Positions 41,965-54,784 are shown, counted from the stretch's first letter. The stretch: 64,000 nucleotides of DNA from Eledone cirrhosa (GCA_964016885.1 OZ024745.1:18042001-18106000); one strand, 5' to 3'. The notes: a model not told the origin generated them from the sequence alone. Program-made: numbers and translations.

Positions 41965-42350
41965 TTGGATTGGCAGTATCGGTAAAGGGTCGGACGCCAT
42001 GCTTTGACGTATAGAGTTACGGTCCTTGCCATTCTGAGTTCAAATCCCACCGAGGTTAACTTTGCCTTTCATCCTTACGAGGGTCGATAAAATAAAGCAC
42101 CAGTAATGCACTGGGTAATTGCTGGCCTTGTGCCTAAACATAGAAACAATTATTTTTATTATGATTCGGTGGATTGGCAGTATCGGTAGAGGGTCGGACG
42201 TCATGCTTTGACGCATAGAGTTACGGCCCTTTCCATTCTGAGTTCAAATCCCGCCGAGGTTAACTTTGCCTTTCATCCTTACGGGGTCGATCAAATAAAG
42301 TAATGCACTGGGTAATTGCTGGGCTTGTGCCAAAAGTAAAAACAATTATT
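41965..42350 (+). mobile_element. Two head-to-tail tRNA-derived SINEs
   Basis: ggattggcagtatcggta...gagttcaaatccc..cctttcatcctta...tagaaacaattatt, twice. Confidence 0.9.
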
Positions 42351-44650
42351 ATTTTTAATGATTTTTGAATATCATGTTATTAGTGATAATAAACATTAAT
42401 TTAGAATTTATTCATTCCGGTCGATATTTTGTTGAATATTTGAATGTTACGATAGTAATTTCACTCGAACTTAGGGTTTTAGATTATAATGTCAATCTGG
42501 TCTCTTTACAAACACACCCACTTTGGGATATATCTTCGTTTATTTGCCAATCAATACTTGCACAAGTACGTTCGAGATGAGTTTGACAATATTTAATATT
42601 CTATGAATGCACACTCAGTTATTTAACCATGGGTATAACTTCAATACATTTTGTGTACATTCTTTCGTATTTCATATACTAATCATGACGGCATATATGC
42701 ACTTTCAGTCTCTAGTGAACTAGCTTCTATTTATCTGCTCCTATTTTCATACAAATCTGGATGCCCTCACTTCCCTATATAATACGTGTGCACACATACA
42801 CATGTGCACACATTACCACAATGGAAATCTACGCAAAAATAAAGATGGTACTACTTAGCAGTAAAGGCAAAATTGATGATATCATATTACATTAAGATCT
42901 CATAATACTAACATTCAAAATTGAACCTAGTAACTCCAGTCATTATCCCATAATACATCCCTAAGTCACATATATATGTAAACATGTAAATTAGAATTAC
43001 AAAAATAATATAATGTTTCTCCGAAGACGCTTAGGAAACTTCCAAATTGCATTGCTGAAACTGTGTAGCTATGTTGTAAGAAATGCATGAATAGACAAAT
43101 ATATTTACTCTAACTTATATTGAGTTCTTGAGGATTACCATGATCACTTTATTTGATATTCAATCTTTCTCCTGTTTGCCTTTGTAATTTATAGCTGTGA
43201 TATCTCCATATAGAGCGGTTAGGCCAAAACACACATTTGATATATATTTCTAAGTGACCCATCGGACATATGAAAGTACATTTTCATTGTATTTACATAT
43301 TCTTCCGATAAAACTGTGACATAACTATTTTCGTCGATCGTCAAGTTTTAGTTTATTATTGCAGAAATGACTTTTGTACTCCGTTTTTTTTTCCGAATCA
43401 GTAAATCTTTGTCTCACTTTAAATGTTAATTTTGCTTCGTCTACAATCATTTTTGCTAAATATCTTTCATGCTGCTATATGTCTGTCTTATCAAGAAACT
43501 AAACTTAGCTTCTTGGAAGCCGTTCATCCTCCTTGAAAGAAGAACCGTTGTACTGCCTAAATGCAGGTAATATTATGATATAAATTTAAAAGCACGATAG
43601 ACTACATTAATTTAAACAATATAAGGTGGTTAGCAATGTATTGCCTACGTAATTTCATATTCAGGGACTACATATAATAAACATAACTCCATTAACTAAA
43701 GTGTAGTTTATAAATACTCCTCTTACAAGTATAGTGATATCTGGACATGTTTTACATTTAATTTAGGTCTTAATTTACAATTGACACATTATGTTTTGTT
43801 AAGTATAGGAGCGTTTAATTTGGTACAATCCTTTATCTAAATATTTGGGAGGCCGCCGCAAGATAACCATCCAACGTAATAGAGGGGATCATGCGACATA
43901 TTTGTTTTAGAAAATAACTAATTGTAAAAGATTTTATATTTATTATCTTTATTGCAAAAAATATCCAATTTATTGTAAATATCTTAATTCTAAATTATTG
44001 CGTGGGATTTTCCTATAATTAGTTTACAAAGTGTGTTTTGTAGCTATGTAAACAACGAATAACAATTGGCGAAAAAAATATTGAAATCACCGAAAACAGA
44101 ACGAAACATATTGGATTTATTCGTTGAAGTCAACTCAACGAAAACAAAAAAAAATGTTTACAAAATTATTCTACGTAGCATGTGAAATCATTGGTTTTCG
44201 TTCTTGGATTCACTGAAAATTCCAAACATTCGGTAGGCTTGTTCGTTTTTGATTTCTTCTAAAACTCGTGACTTTTTCAAATTTAATTGTTAAAAGAAAT
44301 CATTGAAACGTCCGTTAACACTACAACAGTTTTATTCTTATTCATTATTTCTTGTTTCGATTAGCATTTTTGTTCTTTGGTATACGTCGGCTCTATGCTG
44401 AATACTGAAATTTAATCCGATTGAACTAGATTCCATGACGTTCAAAAGAAAAAGAGGTGCACTTTCCATTAAATAAACTTTAAGCTTTTTTGTGGAAATT
44501 TAAACAAATTTATTGAACACTAATTCCTTTTTTATATATCGAAAGCCACTGTTGAACAAACAGGTGACGATCGGTCGCCAGCACGGCACAGCTCCAAATC
44601 GGGCCGTTAGTATGCAAACGAATCGATCATTATTATTAATGTTTGATATA

Positions 44651-44820
44651 GGGCGGTGGATTGGCAGTATCGGTATAGGGTGGCACTCCATGCTTTGCAG
44701 CATAAAGTTACGGTCCTTAATGATCTGAATTCAAATCCCACCGAGGTTAACTTTGCATTTCATCATTACAGGGTTGATAAAATAACATACCAGTCACGCA
44801 CTGATCGATTTAATCGACTT
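44651..44820 (+). mobile_element. tRNA-derived SINE
   Basis: gggcggtggattggcagtatcggta head; same family as 62844. Confidence 0.85.
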
Positions 44821-45304
44821 TCCATTATTAGGAGGAAAATACACCAGATAATGTTTTCAGTTACTAGCGGCTTCTTGTTCTATTCATAAAACTAGTTACT
44901 GCCTCACGCGCTACAGGTCAGTTATTTTAAGTCTTCTTAGTAGTGGGGAAGATATCGGCTTAACACATGCTGGCGATCCATAAGCTGGCTTGATTCCTTC
45001 ACTATTTACGGTGAAACATTTTGCTTTTGTGATTTAGTTATAAAGGTGGGTTATTTCATTTAAATTTATCTTTTTAAATATAATGTATTTCTCATACCTT
45101 TCGTAGTTTACATGTTTTTCACGCTAGTGGTCTTATACCCCTGTAATTGAAAACACACTCTCTTGTGTATTTTCCTCTCTATATTTTATTTTGAAGTGCC
45201 CAGGAATTTTTTCCTATGAATTAAAGGGAGTAGCGCGTGTCCTTTACTCCGTTGCTTTACTTTATATTTATATATATATATATATATAAGTTTTAATATA
45301 GATG

Positions 45305-45355
45305 AGATTCTACAGGACTAGAACTGTTTCATTCTTTAGAAATCATCAGGAATCT
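45305..45355 (-). ncRNA. Type-I hammerhead in left arm
   Basis: Reverse complement of 55966-56016. Confidence 0.75.
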
Positions 45356-45973
45356 GGGTATCAAAAAATAAGTATGGTATTTATACAAGTGGTAGGAGAG
45401 GGTGGGGAGGGGGAGGGGTGTAGGTCATTGGTTGATAGACGAGGGAATTCATTAAAAGCTAATTCTACAAAGCTATAGTTTATTTTTATTTTAATTTTTA
45501 TTTATTTTTGTTTTTAGAGTAACAAAGGCAGACAGAATTCTATAAACAGGTTCAGGATGGCATGCCATTCCTTATTATTAAGTTTCTCTTAAGCTAACAG
45601 GTGTCTATAAGATCAGTGGGGGGTCAGTCATGGTAGATAGATTTAAAGGAAAGGGAGATTCTTTAATAGCTAAAATCATTAAGGTTCTACTAAGTGACAA
45701 AGGTTTAGAGAATTCTGTAGACAAATTCAGAATATTAAGTGCATATCTTACAATTATCCTCAATTTACTCTTAAATTATTCAACTATATGCCAAAAAACA
45801 ACAGACACATTCACAAGACACACTCACTAACACAGTCGGGCGCACCCATAAACACACATAACAGACACACATATAAATATATTTATATATATAAATATAC
45901 ACATACATAGATAAAAACATATATACACATACACATACACACACATACACACACACATACATATACATATGTA

Positions 45974-46101
<128 letters not shown>

Positions 46102-46200
46102 TATACACATATATAAGGAAAAAATGAACGGGAACAAAACAGAGGGGCAGAACAAACAAATGTTTATTGATTTCACGCTCTTGAGAGTGGGGTCACACAT

Positions 46201-46363
<163 letters not shown>

Positions 46364-46407
46364 TACACCATACATACATATATTCATACACACATATATA
46401 TATATAT

Positions 46408-46460
<53 letters not shown>

Positions 46461-46803
46461 CATGTACATATATATATATATACATATACATATATATACA
46501 CACACATACATACACATACAGACATATATACAAATATACATACACATATACATATATATATATATAATATATTTAGAAACACACAGATACATGCGGACAC
46601 ACACATATACATGAATGCATCCGCACCCAACCGTGAGTTAAGGGTGCCAACTTCACCGATGTTGCTCAATGAATGACTGGTACAGACCAATCCGGTTGAA
46701 CTAGACTGAACCAGTATCAGAGTTAAAAATACATTATGAAGAGAGAAGAAACATTTAGATATAATTAGTAATAAAATGTATCATACCTAAACTGCTCCTA
46801 GAT

Positions 46804-46893
46804 TCCTCGACTACGTAGTTTCGTGGCATAAACAAAAACAATACATCATAAAGATATAGAGTCCTTGCGAGGTCTGCCGACTTATCAAGAGGA
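46804..46893 (-). ncRNA. Hammerhead ribozyme (U3-A8 variant), 592-bp unit 1
   Basis: tcctc-TTGATAA-gtcggca(...)tgccac-GAAA-ctacgtag-TC-gagga; 10-nt palindromic stem III, GUC triplet. Confidence 0.85.
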
Positions 46894-47396
46894 TACCTCA
46901 TTTTACTTTGTCTCGAGAACGCGTCTACACGACGTGAGAAAGAATCTCAAAAGGCGGAGGGGGAGGTAATCACGCGATATAACGGTCCAGAAACAGAGCT
47001 AAGCCTCTTATAACCCCGAAGAAATACCACGGAGGCGGAGGGGGTATTTATATCGAAGCCGTAGAAGAGGTGGTGAAGGAGGCGCGAAGTATGAGTAATG
47101 GAAGCTTTCCAGCAGTCCCCACACTTCAAAGATTGCTCGACCAGAGGGGGTTATTAACAATATATTTAGAAACACACAGATACATGCGGACACACACATA
47201 TACATGAATGCATCCGCACCCAACCGTGAGTTAAGGATGCGAACTTCACCGATGTTGCTCAATGAATGACTGGGACAGACCAATCCGGTTGAACTAGACT
47301 GAACCAGTATCAGAGTTAAAAATACATTATGAAGAGAGAAGAAACATTTAGATATAATTAGTAATAAAATGTATCATACCTAAACTGCTCCTAGAT

Positions 47397-47486
47397 TCCT
47401 CGACTACGTAGTTTCGTGGCATAAACAAAAACAATACATCATAAAGATATAGAGTCCTTGCGAGGTCTGCCAACTTATCAAGAGGA
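47397..47486 (-). ncRNA. Hammerhead ribozyme, 592-bp unit 2
   Basis: As unit 1. Confidence 0.85.
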
Positions 47487-47988
47487 TACCTCATTTTACT
47501 AGTCTCGAGAACGCGTCTACACGACGTGAGAAAGAATCCCAAAAGGCGGAGGGGGAGATAGTCACGCGATATAATGGTCGAGAAACAGAGCTAAGCCTCT
47601 TATAACCCCGAAGAAAATGCCACGGGGGCGGAGGGGTATTTATATCGAAGCCGTAGAAGAGGTGGTGAAGGAGGCGAGAAGTATGAGAAATGGAAGCTTT
47701 CCAGCAGTCCCAACACTTCAAAGATTGCTCGACCAGAGGGAGTTATTAACAATATATTTAGAAACACACAGATACATGCGGACACACACATATACATGAA
47801 TGCATCCGCACCCAACCGTGAGTTAAGGGTGCCAACTTCACCGATGTTGCTCAATGAATGACTGGGACAGACCAATCCGGTTGAACTAGACTGAACCAGT
47901 ATCAGAGTTAAAAATACATTATGAAGAGAGAAGAAACATTTAGATATAATTAGTAATAAAATGTATCATACCTAAACTGCTCCTAGAT

Positions 47989-48078
47989 TCCTCGACTACG
48001 TAGTTTCGTGGCATAAACAAAAACAATACATCATAAAGATATAGAGTCCTTGCGAGGTCTGCCGACTTATCAAGAGGA
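47989..48078 (-). ncRNA. Hammerhead ribozyme, 592-bp unit 3
   Basis: As unit 1. Confidence 0.85.
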
Positions 48079-48576
48079 TACCTCATTTTACTAGTCTCGA
48101 GAACGCGTCTACACGACGTGAGAAAGAATCCCAAAAGGCGGAGGGGGAGATAGTCACGCGATATAACGGTCTAGAAACAGAGCTAAGCCTCTTATAACCC
48201 CGAAGAAATACCACGGAGGCGGAGGGGGTATTTATATCAAAGCCGTAGAAGAGGTGGTGAAGGAGGCGAGAAGTATGAGTAATGGAAGCTCTTCAGCAGT
48301 CCCCACACTTCAAGATTGCTCGACCAGAGGTAGTTATTAACAATATATTTAGAAACACGCAGATACATGCGGACACACATATACATGAATGCATCCGCAC
48401 CCACCGTGAGTTAAGGGTGCCAACTTCAACGATGTTGCTCAATGAATGACTGGGACAGACCAATCCGGTTGAACTAGACTGAACCAGTATCAGAGTTAAA
48501 AATACATTATGAAGAGAGAAGAAACATTTAGATATAATTAGTAATAAAATGTATCATACCTAAACTGCTCCTAGAT

Positions 48577-48666
48577 TCCTCGACTACGTAGTTTCGTGGC
48601 ATAAACAAAAACAATACATCATAAAGATATAGAGTCCCTGCGAGGTCTGCCGACTTATCAAGAGGA
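48577..48666 (-). ncRNA. Hammerhead ribozyme, 592-bp unit 4
   Basis: As unit 1. Confidence 0.85.
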
Positions 48667-48925
48667 TACCTCATTTTACTAGTCTCAAGAACGCGTCTAA
48701 ACGACGTGAGAAAGAATCCCAAAAGGCGGAGGGGGAGATAGTCACGCGATATAACGGTCGAAAAACAGAGCTAAGCCTCTTATAACCCCGAAGAAAATAC
48801 CACGGAGGTGGAGGGTGTATTTATATCGAAGCCGTAGAAGAGGTGGTGAAGGGGGCGAGAAGTATGAGTAATGGATTCTTTCTCACGTCGTGTAGACGCG
48901 TTCTTGATACTAGTAAAATGAGGTA

Positions 48926-49015
48926 TCCTCTTAATAAGTCGGCAGACCTCGCAAGGGCTCTATATCTTTATGATGTATTGTTTTTGTTTATGCCACGAAA
49001 CTACGTAGTCGAGGA
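48926..49015 (+). ncRNA. Hammerhead motif with G5A core mutation (likely inactive), inverted unit
   Basis: The core reads TTAATAA instead of TTGATAA; stems are intact. Confidence 0.75.
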
Positions 49016-49518
49016 ATCTAGGAACAGTTTAGATATGATACATTTTATTACTAATTATATCTAAATGTTTCTTCTCTCTTCATAATGTATTTTTAACTCT
49101 GATACTGGTTCAGTCTAGTTCAACCGGATTGGTCTGTCCCAGTCATTCATTGAGCAACATCGGTGAAGTTGGCACCCTTAACTCACGTTTGGGTGCGGAT
49201 GCATTCATGTATATGTATGTGTCCGCATGTATCAGTGTGTTTCTAAATATATTGTTAATAACTCCCTCTGGTCGATCAATCTTTGAAGTGTGGGGACTGC
49301 TGGAAAGATTCCATTACTCATACTTCTCGCCACCTTCACCACCTCTTCTACGGCTTCGATATAAATACCCCCTCCGCCTCCGTGGTATTTTCTTCGGGGT
49401 TATAAGAGGCTTAGCTCTGTTTCTCGACCGTTATATCGCGTGACTACCTCCCCCTCCGCCTTTTGGGATTCTTTCTCACGTCGTGTAGACGCGTTCTTGA
49501 GACTAGTAAAATGAGGTA

Positions 49519-49608
49519 TCCTCTTGATAAGTCGGCAGACCTCGCAAGGACTCTATATCTTTATGATGTATTGTTTTTGTTTATGCCACGAAACTACGTA
49601 GTCGAGGA
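49519..49608 (+). ncRNA. Hammerhead ribozyme, inverted 592-bp unit
   Basis: tcctc-TTGATAA-gtcggca..tgccac-GAAA-ctacgtag-TC-gagga read directly on the plus strand. Confidence 0.85.
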
Positions 49609-49677
49609 ATCTAGGAGCAGTTTAGGTATGATACATTTTATTACTAATTATATCTAAATGTTTCTTCTCTCTTCATA

Positions 49678-49732
<55 letters not shown>

Positions 49733-50218
49733 TACACACATATATATATATACATATACCCACACACATATACATACAAATACATATACACACACAAAAA
49801 TACATACATATATACATATATATACACACACATATACACATACATACACATACACATACACAAACATACACATATACATACACAAACATACACATATATA
49901 TATATATATATAAATTGAAACAAAATGAAAACGAAATTTCATTTCTCACTCTTAGTATGGCACTTACTTAAATGTAAGTATGCATGTATACGTACATACA
50001 TATATGTATACAGACGTACAGTAGCATGCACATATATATATACATATACATATATATATACATATGCATACAGGTACACATACATATATGCACGTATCAG
50101 TTTAGCGGCGCTTATTATAACGTCGCTTTGTTCGTTTGTAAACAAACTGAACAGCCTGAATTTATGCCATACGGTGTTAAGGCAACCACGCCACCTTTTT
50201 GTTCAACACTGACACAGG

Positions 50219-50263
50219 AACGATGTACTAGTTTCAAGCTTGTTAGCTATCATCAGCACCGTT
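50219..50263 (-). ncRNA. Minimal hammerhead ribozyme, 472-bp family
   Basis: Reverse complement of 50841-50885. Confidence 0.85.
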
Positions 50264-50840
50264 TACCCATCTGCCAGATAGTTGAACGTTCGAAAGTATA
50301 TACTTTCCTTATGAAAATTAACAGCTGAGCAGCCTAACTTGCATATTGAGTGAGTTAAATCGGTCAGGCATACCGAAAATGATAGCTAACAAGCTTGAAA
50401 CTAGTACATCGTTCCTGTGTCAGTGTTGAACAAAAAGGTGACGTGGTTGCCTTAACACCGTATGGCATAAATTCAGGCTGTTCAGTTTGTTTACAAACGA
50501 ACAAAGCGACGTTATAATAAGCGCCGCTAAACTGATACGTGCATATATGTATGTGTACCTGTATGCATATGTATATATATATGTATATGTATATATATAT
50601 GTGCATGCTACTGTACGTCTGTATACATATATGTATGTACGTATACATGCATACTTACATTTAAGTAAGTGCCATACTAAGAGTGAGAAATGAAATTTCG
50701 TTTTCATTTTGTTTCAATTTATCGTTTTCGGTATGCCTGACCGATTTAACTCACTCAATATGCAAGTTAGGCTGCTCAGCTGTTAATTTTCATAAGGAAA
50801 GTATATACTTTCGAACGTTCAACTATCTGGCAGATGGGTA

Positions 50841-50885
50841 AACGGTGCTGATGATAGCTAACAAGCTTGAAACTAGTACATCGTT
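50841..50885 (+). ncRNA. Minimal hammerhead ribozyme, 472-bp family
   Basis: aacggtg-CTGATGA-tagct aaca agctt-GAAA-ctag-TA-catcgtt; predicted cut after 50878. Confidence 0.85.
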
Positions 50886-51312
50886 CCTGTGTCAGTGTTG
50901 AACAAAAAGGTGACGTGGTTGCCTTAACACCGTATGGCATAAATTCAGGCTGTTCAGTTTGTTTACAAACGAACAAAGCGACGTTATAATAAGCGCCGCT
51001 AAACTGATACGTGCATATATGTATGTGTACCTGTATGCATATGTATATATATATGTATATGTATATATATATGTGCATGCTACTGTACGTCTGTATACAT
51101 ATATGTATGTACGTATACATGCATACTTACATTTAAGTAAGTGCCATACTAAGAGTGAGAAATGAAATTTCGTTTTCATTTTGTTTCAATTTATCGTTTT
51201 CGGTATGCCTGACCGATTTAACTCACTCAATATGCAAGTTAGGCTGCTCAGCTGTTAATTTTCATAAGGAAAGTATATACTTTCGAACGTTCAACTATCT
51301 GGCAGATGGGTA

Positions 51313-51357
51313 AACGGTGCTGATGATAGCTAACAAGCTTGAAACTAGTACATCGTT
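51313..51357 (+). ncRNA. Minimal hammerhead ribozyme, 472-bp family
   Basis: Identical to 50841-50885; predicted cut after 51350. Confidence 0.85.
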
Positions 51358-51606
51358 CCTGTGTCAGTGTTGAACAAAAAGGTGACGTGGTTGCCTTAAC
51401 ACCGTATGGCATAAATTCAGGCTGTTCAGTTTGTTTACAAACGAACAAAGCGACGTTATAATAAGCGCCGCTAAACTGATACGTGCATATATGTATGTGT
51501 ACCTGTATGCATATGTATATATATATGTATATGTATATATATATGTGCATGCTACTGTACGTCTGTATACATATATGTATGTACGTATACATGCATACTT
51601 ACATTT

Positions 51607-51740
51607 ATATATATATATATATACACATATATATATATATACATATATATATATATTTATATACATATATATATATATATATATATTCATATACACATAC
51701 ATACACACATATACATATACACACACATATAGACATACAC

Positions 51741-51772
<32 letters not shown>

Positions 51773-51925
51773 ATATATATACATATATATACACATATAT
51801 ATATACATATACATACATACATATACACACACACACACACACACGCGCACACACGTCCACACACATATATACATATATACATATACACATATACACATAC
51901 ACATACATACATATATACACATACG

Positions 51926-51959
<34 letters not shown>

Positions 51960-52006
51960 TATATACATATATATATATATATACATGTATACACATACAT
52001 ACACAT

Positions 52007-52041
<35 letters not shown>

Positions 52042-52086
52042 TATATATATACATACATTTGTACTCACACACACACACATACGTAC

Positions 52087-52135
<49 letters not shown>

Positions 52136-52206
52136 CATATACACACACATATACATACATACATATACACACATACACACACACATACACATACACACAT
52201 ATATAT

Positions 52207-52277
<71 letters not shown>

Positions 52278-52360
52278 CACACATATATACACACACACAC
52301 ATATCTATATATATATACACATACATACATATACATACATACACATACACACATACATAC

Positions 52361-52409
<49 letters not shown>

Positions 52410-52605
52410 CACATATATACACATATATATATATATACACATACATACACATATACACACATACACACATACATATACATATATATACACACATACACAC
52501 ACATACACCCATATACACATGTGCACACACACACATACATACACATACATATACATACACATACATATACACACATACACACACACACAAATATATACAC
52601 ATACA
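51607..52605. repeat. ~1-kb compound (TA)n/(CA)n/(CATA)n microsatellite
   Basis: Directly visible; source of spurious 300-450 aa ORFs. Confidence 0.95.
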
Positions 52606-52849
52606 AATAAATAAGTACTCAATAAATATACGCATATACGCAGTATTCAGGGAGTGTTCAGAGAGTTTGTATATAAATAAGTACTCAATAAATATACGCA
52701 TATACGCAGGCACATAAAAACACCTCTACAGGCAGAAAATGTAGATAGGTAAGAGGTACTCACATAACCATAGTGGCCGTATTTCAGGTTGAGGAGGGGT
52801 GGGGGTAGGGTGGGAAGGAGGTATAGGGGCCAATAGGAGGAGGTCGTTT

Positions 52850-53390
52850 TTAGCCATCGGGCTTTAACACTGGCTTAAAGTGTTTGAAAGTTGCAAAGTT
52901 CTTGTGCATGCAGTTCGGGCAGTGTTCAGAGAGTTTGTTCAGTAGCGGGCCCTTGGCGAATAAAATTTCGTAGCTCTCTGAAATACAAAGGTCGCAGCCG
53001 TTGTGTCCTCCGTGGTAAGAGCGCGCTTTCTGGAGTTTTTTCCATTTAAGCGTGAAGGGGGTGGAGTTCCTTCTGAGGTCCCAAACATAGGAGGCGAGTG
53101 TTGTCTGGTTTGATTTGTCCGGTCTTCTGAAGGAGTGGGTATGGGCATACCAACGGGTCTTAAAGTTGTTGGAGGTCATGCCGATGTAAGTTTTTTTGCA
53201 ATCATCGGTGCCTGAGATGGCATCGCATTTGTATACGATATCATTTGTGAGGCATTTGTTTTCAAGTGGGCACGCCTCCTTATTTAGGCAATTACACAGA
53301 GCCTCAGTCCGGGTATTGGGTTCGGAGGTGGTTGGCTTATTTAATTTTTTAGAATTGTGGTTGGCTATATTCCTAGCTAGGTTAGGTGTG
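52850..53390 (-). pseudogene. Uninterrupted GIY-YIG endonuclease domain of a 5'-truncated Naiad-type Penelope-like element
   Basis: [17 protein letters not shown]...[24 protein letters not shown]...[29 protein letters not shown]...CDLCISESYEI...LLNKLSEHCPNCMH...*. Confidence 0.9.
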
Positions 53391-53411
53391 GTGGTGTGTG
53401 TGTGTGTGTGT

Positions 53412-53457
<46 letters not shown>

Positions 53458-53507
53458 ATGTATGTATATGTATATATATATATGTGTATATATATCTTTA
53501 TATATAT

Positions 53508-53539
<32 letters not shown>

Positions 53540-53592
53540 GTGTATGTGTATATGTGTGTGTATATGTATATGTGTGTATGTATGTGTATATG

Positions 53593-53652
<60 letters not shown>

Positions 53653-53866
53653 TCTATATATATATATATGTGTATATATATATATATATATATAGATATA
53701 GATAGGTAAATATACACGGGTGTGTATGATTGTGTATAGAAGATTATATTAATAAGAGGAATTCCAACTTTGTCTCATTTACTCGTTTTATTTACAATCC
53801 TTTAAAATATATATAATGGTATTATAATGAAATAGTATGATAGAATATTAAATTCTAAGTGTTAAT

Positions 53867-53905
53867 TGAACAAGTACTTTCATGCTTTCGCAATCTTCAG
53901 GTTCA
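53867..53905 (-). ncRNA. 39-nt minimal hammerhead motif in a ~230-bp insert
   Basis: tgaac-CTGAAGA-ttgc gaaa gcat-GAAA-gtac-TT-gttca; GNRA loop II, palindromic AGTACT stem III. Confidence 0.8.
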
Positions 53906-54073
53906 TGATACGTGGTGGCACTCGAGTTTGCAATATATATATATGTGTATGTTTGTGTTTGTGTATGTATGTGTATATGTGTGTGTATATATATGTATAT
54001 ATGTATGTATTTTTGTGTGTGTATATGTATTTGTATGTATATGTGGGTGGGTATATGTATGTATATATATATA

Positions 54074-54684
54074 TGTCAGGTCACCAGTTGGTGCTACTGG
54101 TAACATGTATCCCAGTACAACCTGTCCCATGGTCGGGTCGTTGGCGACTAAACTGGCAACCCCACCAAGGTTTCTTGGTGAGGAGGGTGACTTTGGATAT
54201 CCTGCAGGACTAAAAACAAAACCTGTCAAAGGGCAAAGGAGCTCTTAAGAGTCAATGGCCATCCAAAATCACCGGGAGAGATGACCCCTTAGCCTTTGTC
54301 AAGGCAGAATTCTAGGAGAAGGAAAACTCTGATATAACACCTGCAACCCTGATGGTATCCAATGATGTTGACTTGTTCTTCTTTTTGGTAAATATCATCT
54401 TGGTTAAGAGAGTGGGACTGGCTTTGTGCAGTGCCTTTGCTCACTATAAAAGCTTCACGGCACAGGCATTGCTTTATATCTGGAGATCTCTCTGCACTTG
54501 TCGTCACATGGTACCATGGGCCCAGCACTATGTGTCAGTAATTGTCACAAGTGTAGTGTTTGTACCAGAGTTTTCAAGTCGCTGGCTGGACTGGAAAGTC
54601 ACACTCGTTCAGCGCATCGGTAGGGGTTCTCCTACATGGATATAAAGTAGTGGCCGTACTCGAAAACGAGTTGGCAGCCACCAT
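54074..54684 (+). mobile_element. ~610-bp non-autonomous RTE-related element inserted in (TA)n
   Basis: The 5' part matches 10386-10537, the middle matches 34829-34970, and the 3' tail matches the RTE tail at 10616-10650. No coding remnant recognised. Confidence 0.7.
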
Positions 54685-54709
54685 ATATATATATATATAT
54701 ATATGTGTA

Positions 54710-54784
<75 letters not shown>

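Larger units (their letters stand above)
46566..49682. repeat. Tandem array of ~592-bp HHR-containing units (~3.9 units, then ~1.4 inverted units)
   Basis: Unit starts at 46566, 47159, 47751 and 48342; orientation switch at ~48873-48875. Confidence 0.95.
49912..51606. repeat. Tandem array of 472-bp HHR-containing units (1 unit, then ~2.6 inverted units)
   Basis: Exact 472 period (50721/51193); orientation switch at ~50379; units are almost identical. Confidence 0.95.

Noticed and set aside
47348-51592. Repeated small ORFs in the 592-bp (64 aa, 91 aa) and 472-bp (114 aa) units
   Set aside because: They recur only because the units are repeats, show no recognisable domain, and several are broken by indels between units.
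51364-52717. Long ORFs (up to 449 aa) rich in Y/I/H/T/C/V, and many similar ones across the window
   Set aside because: Translations of (TA)n/(CA)n microsatellites, which lack stop codons; not genes.
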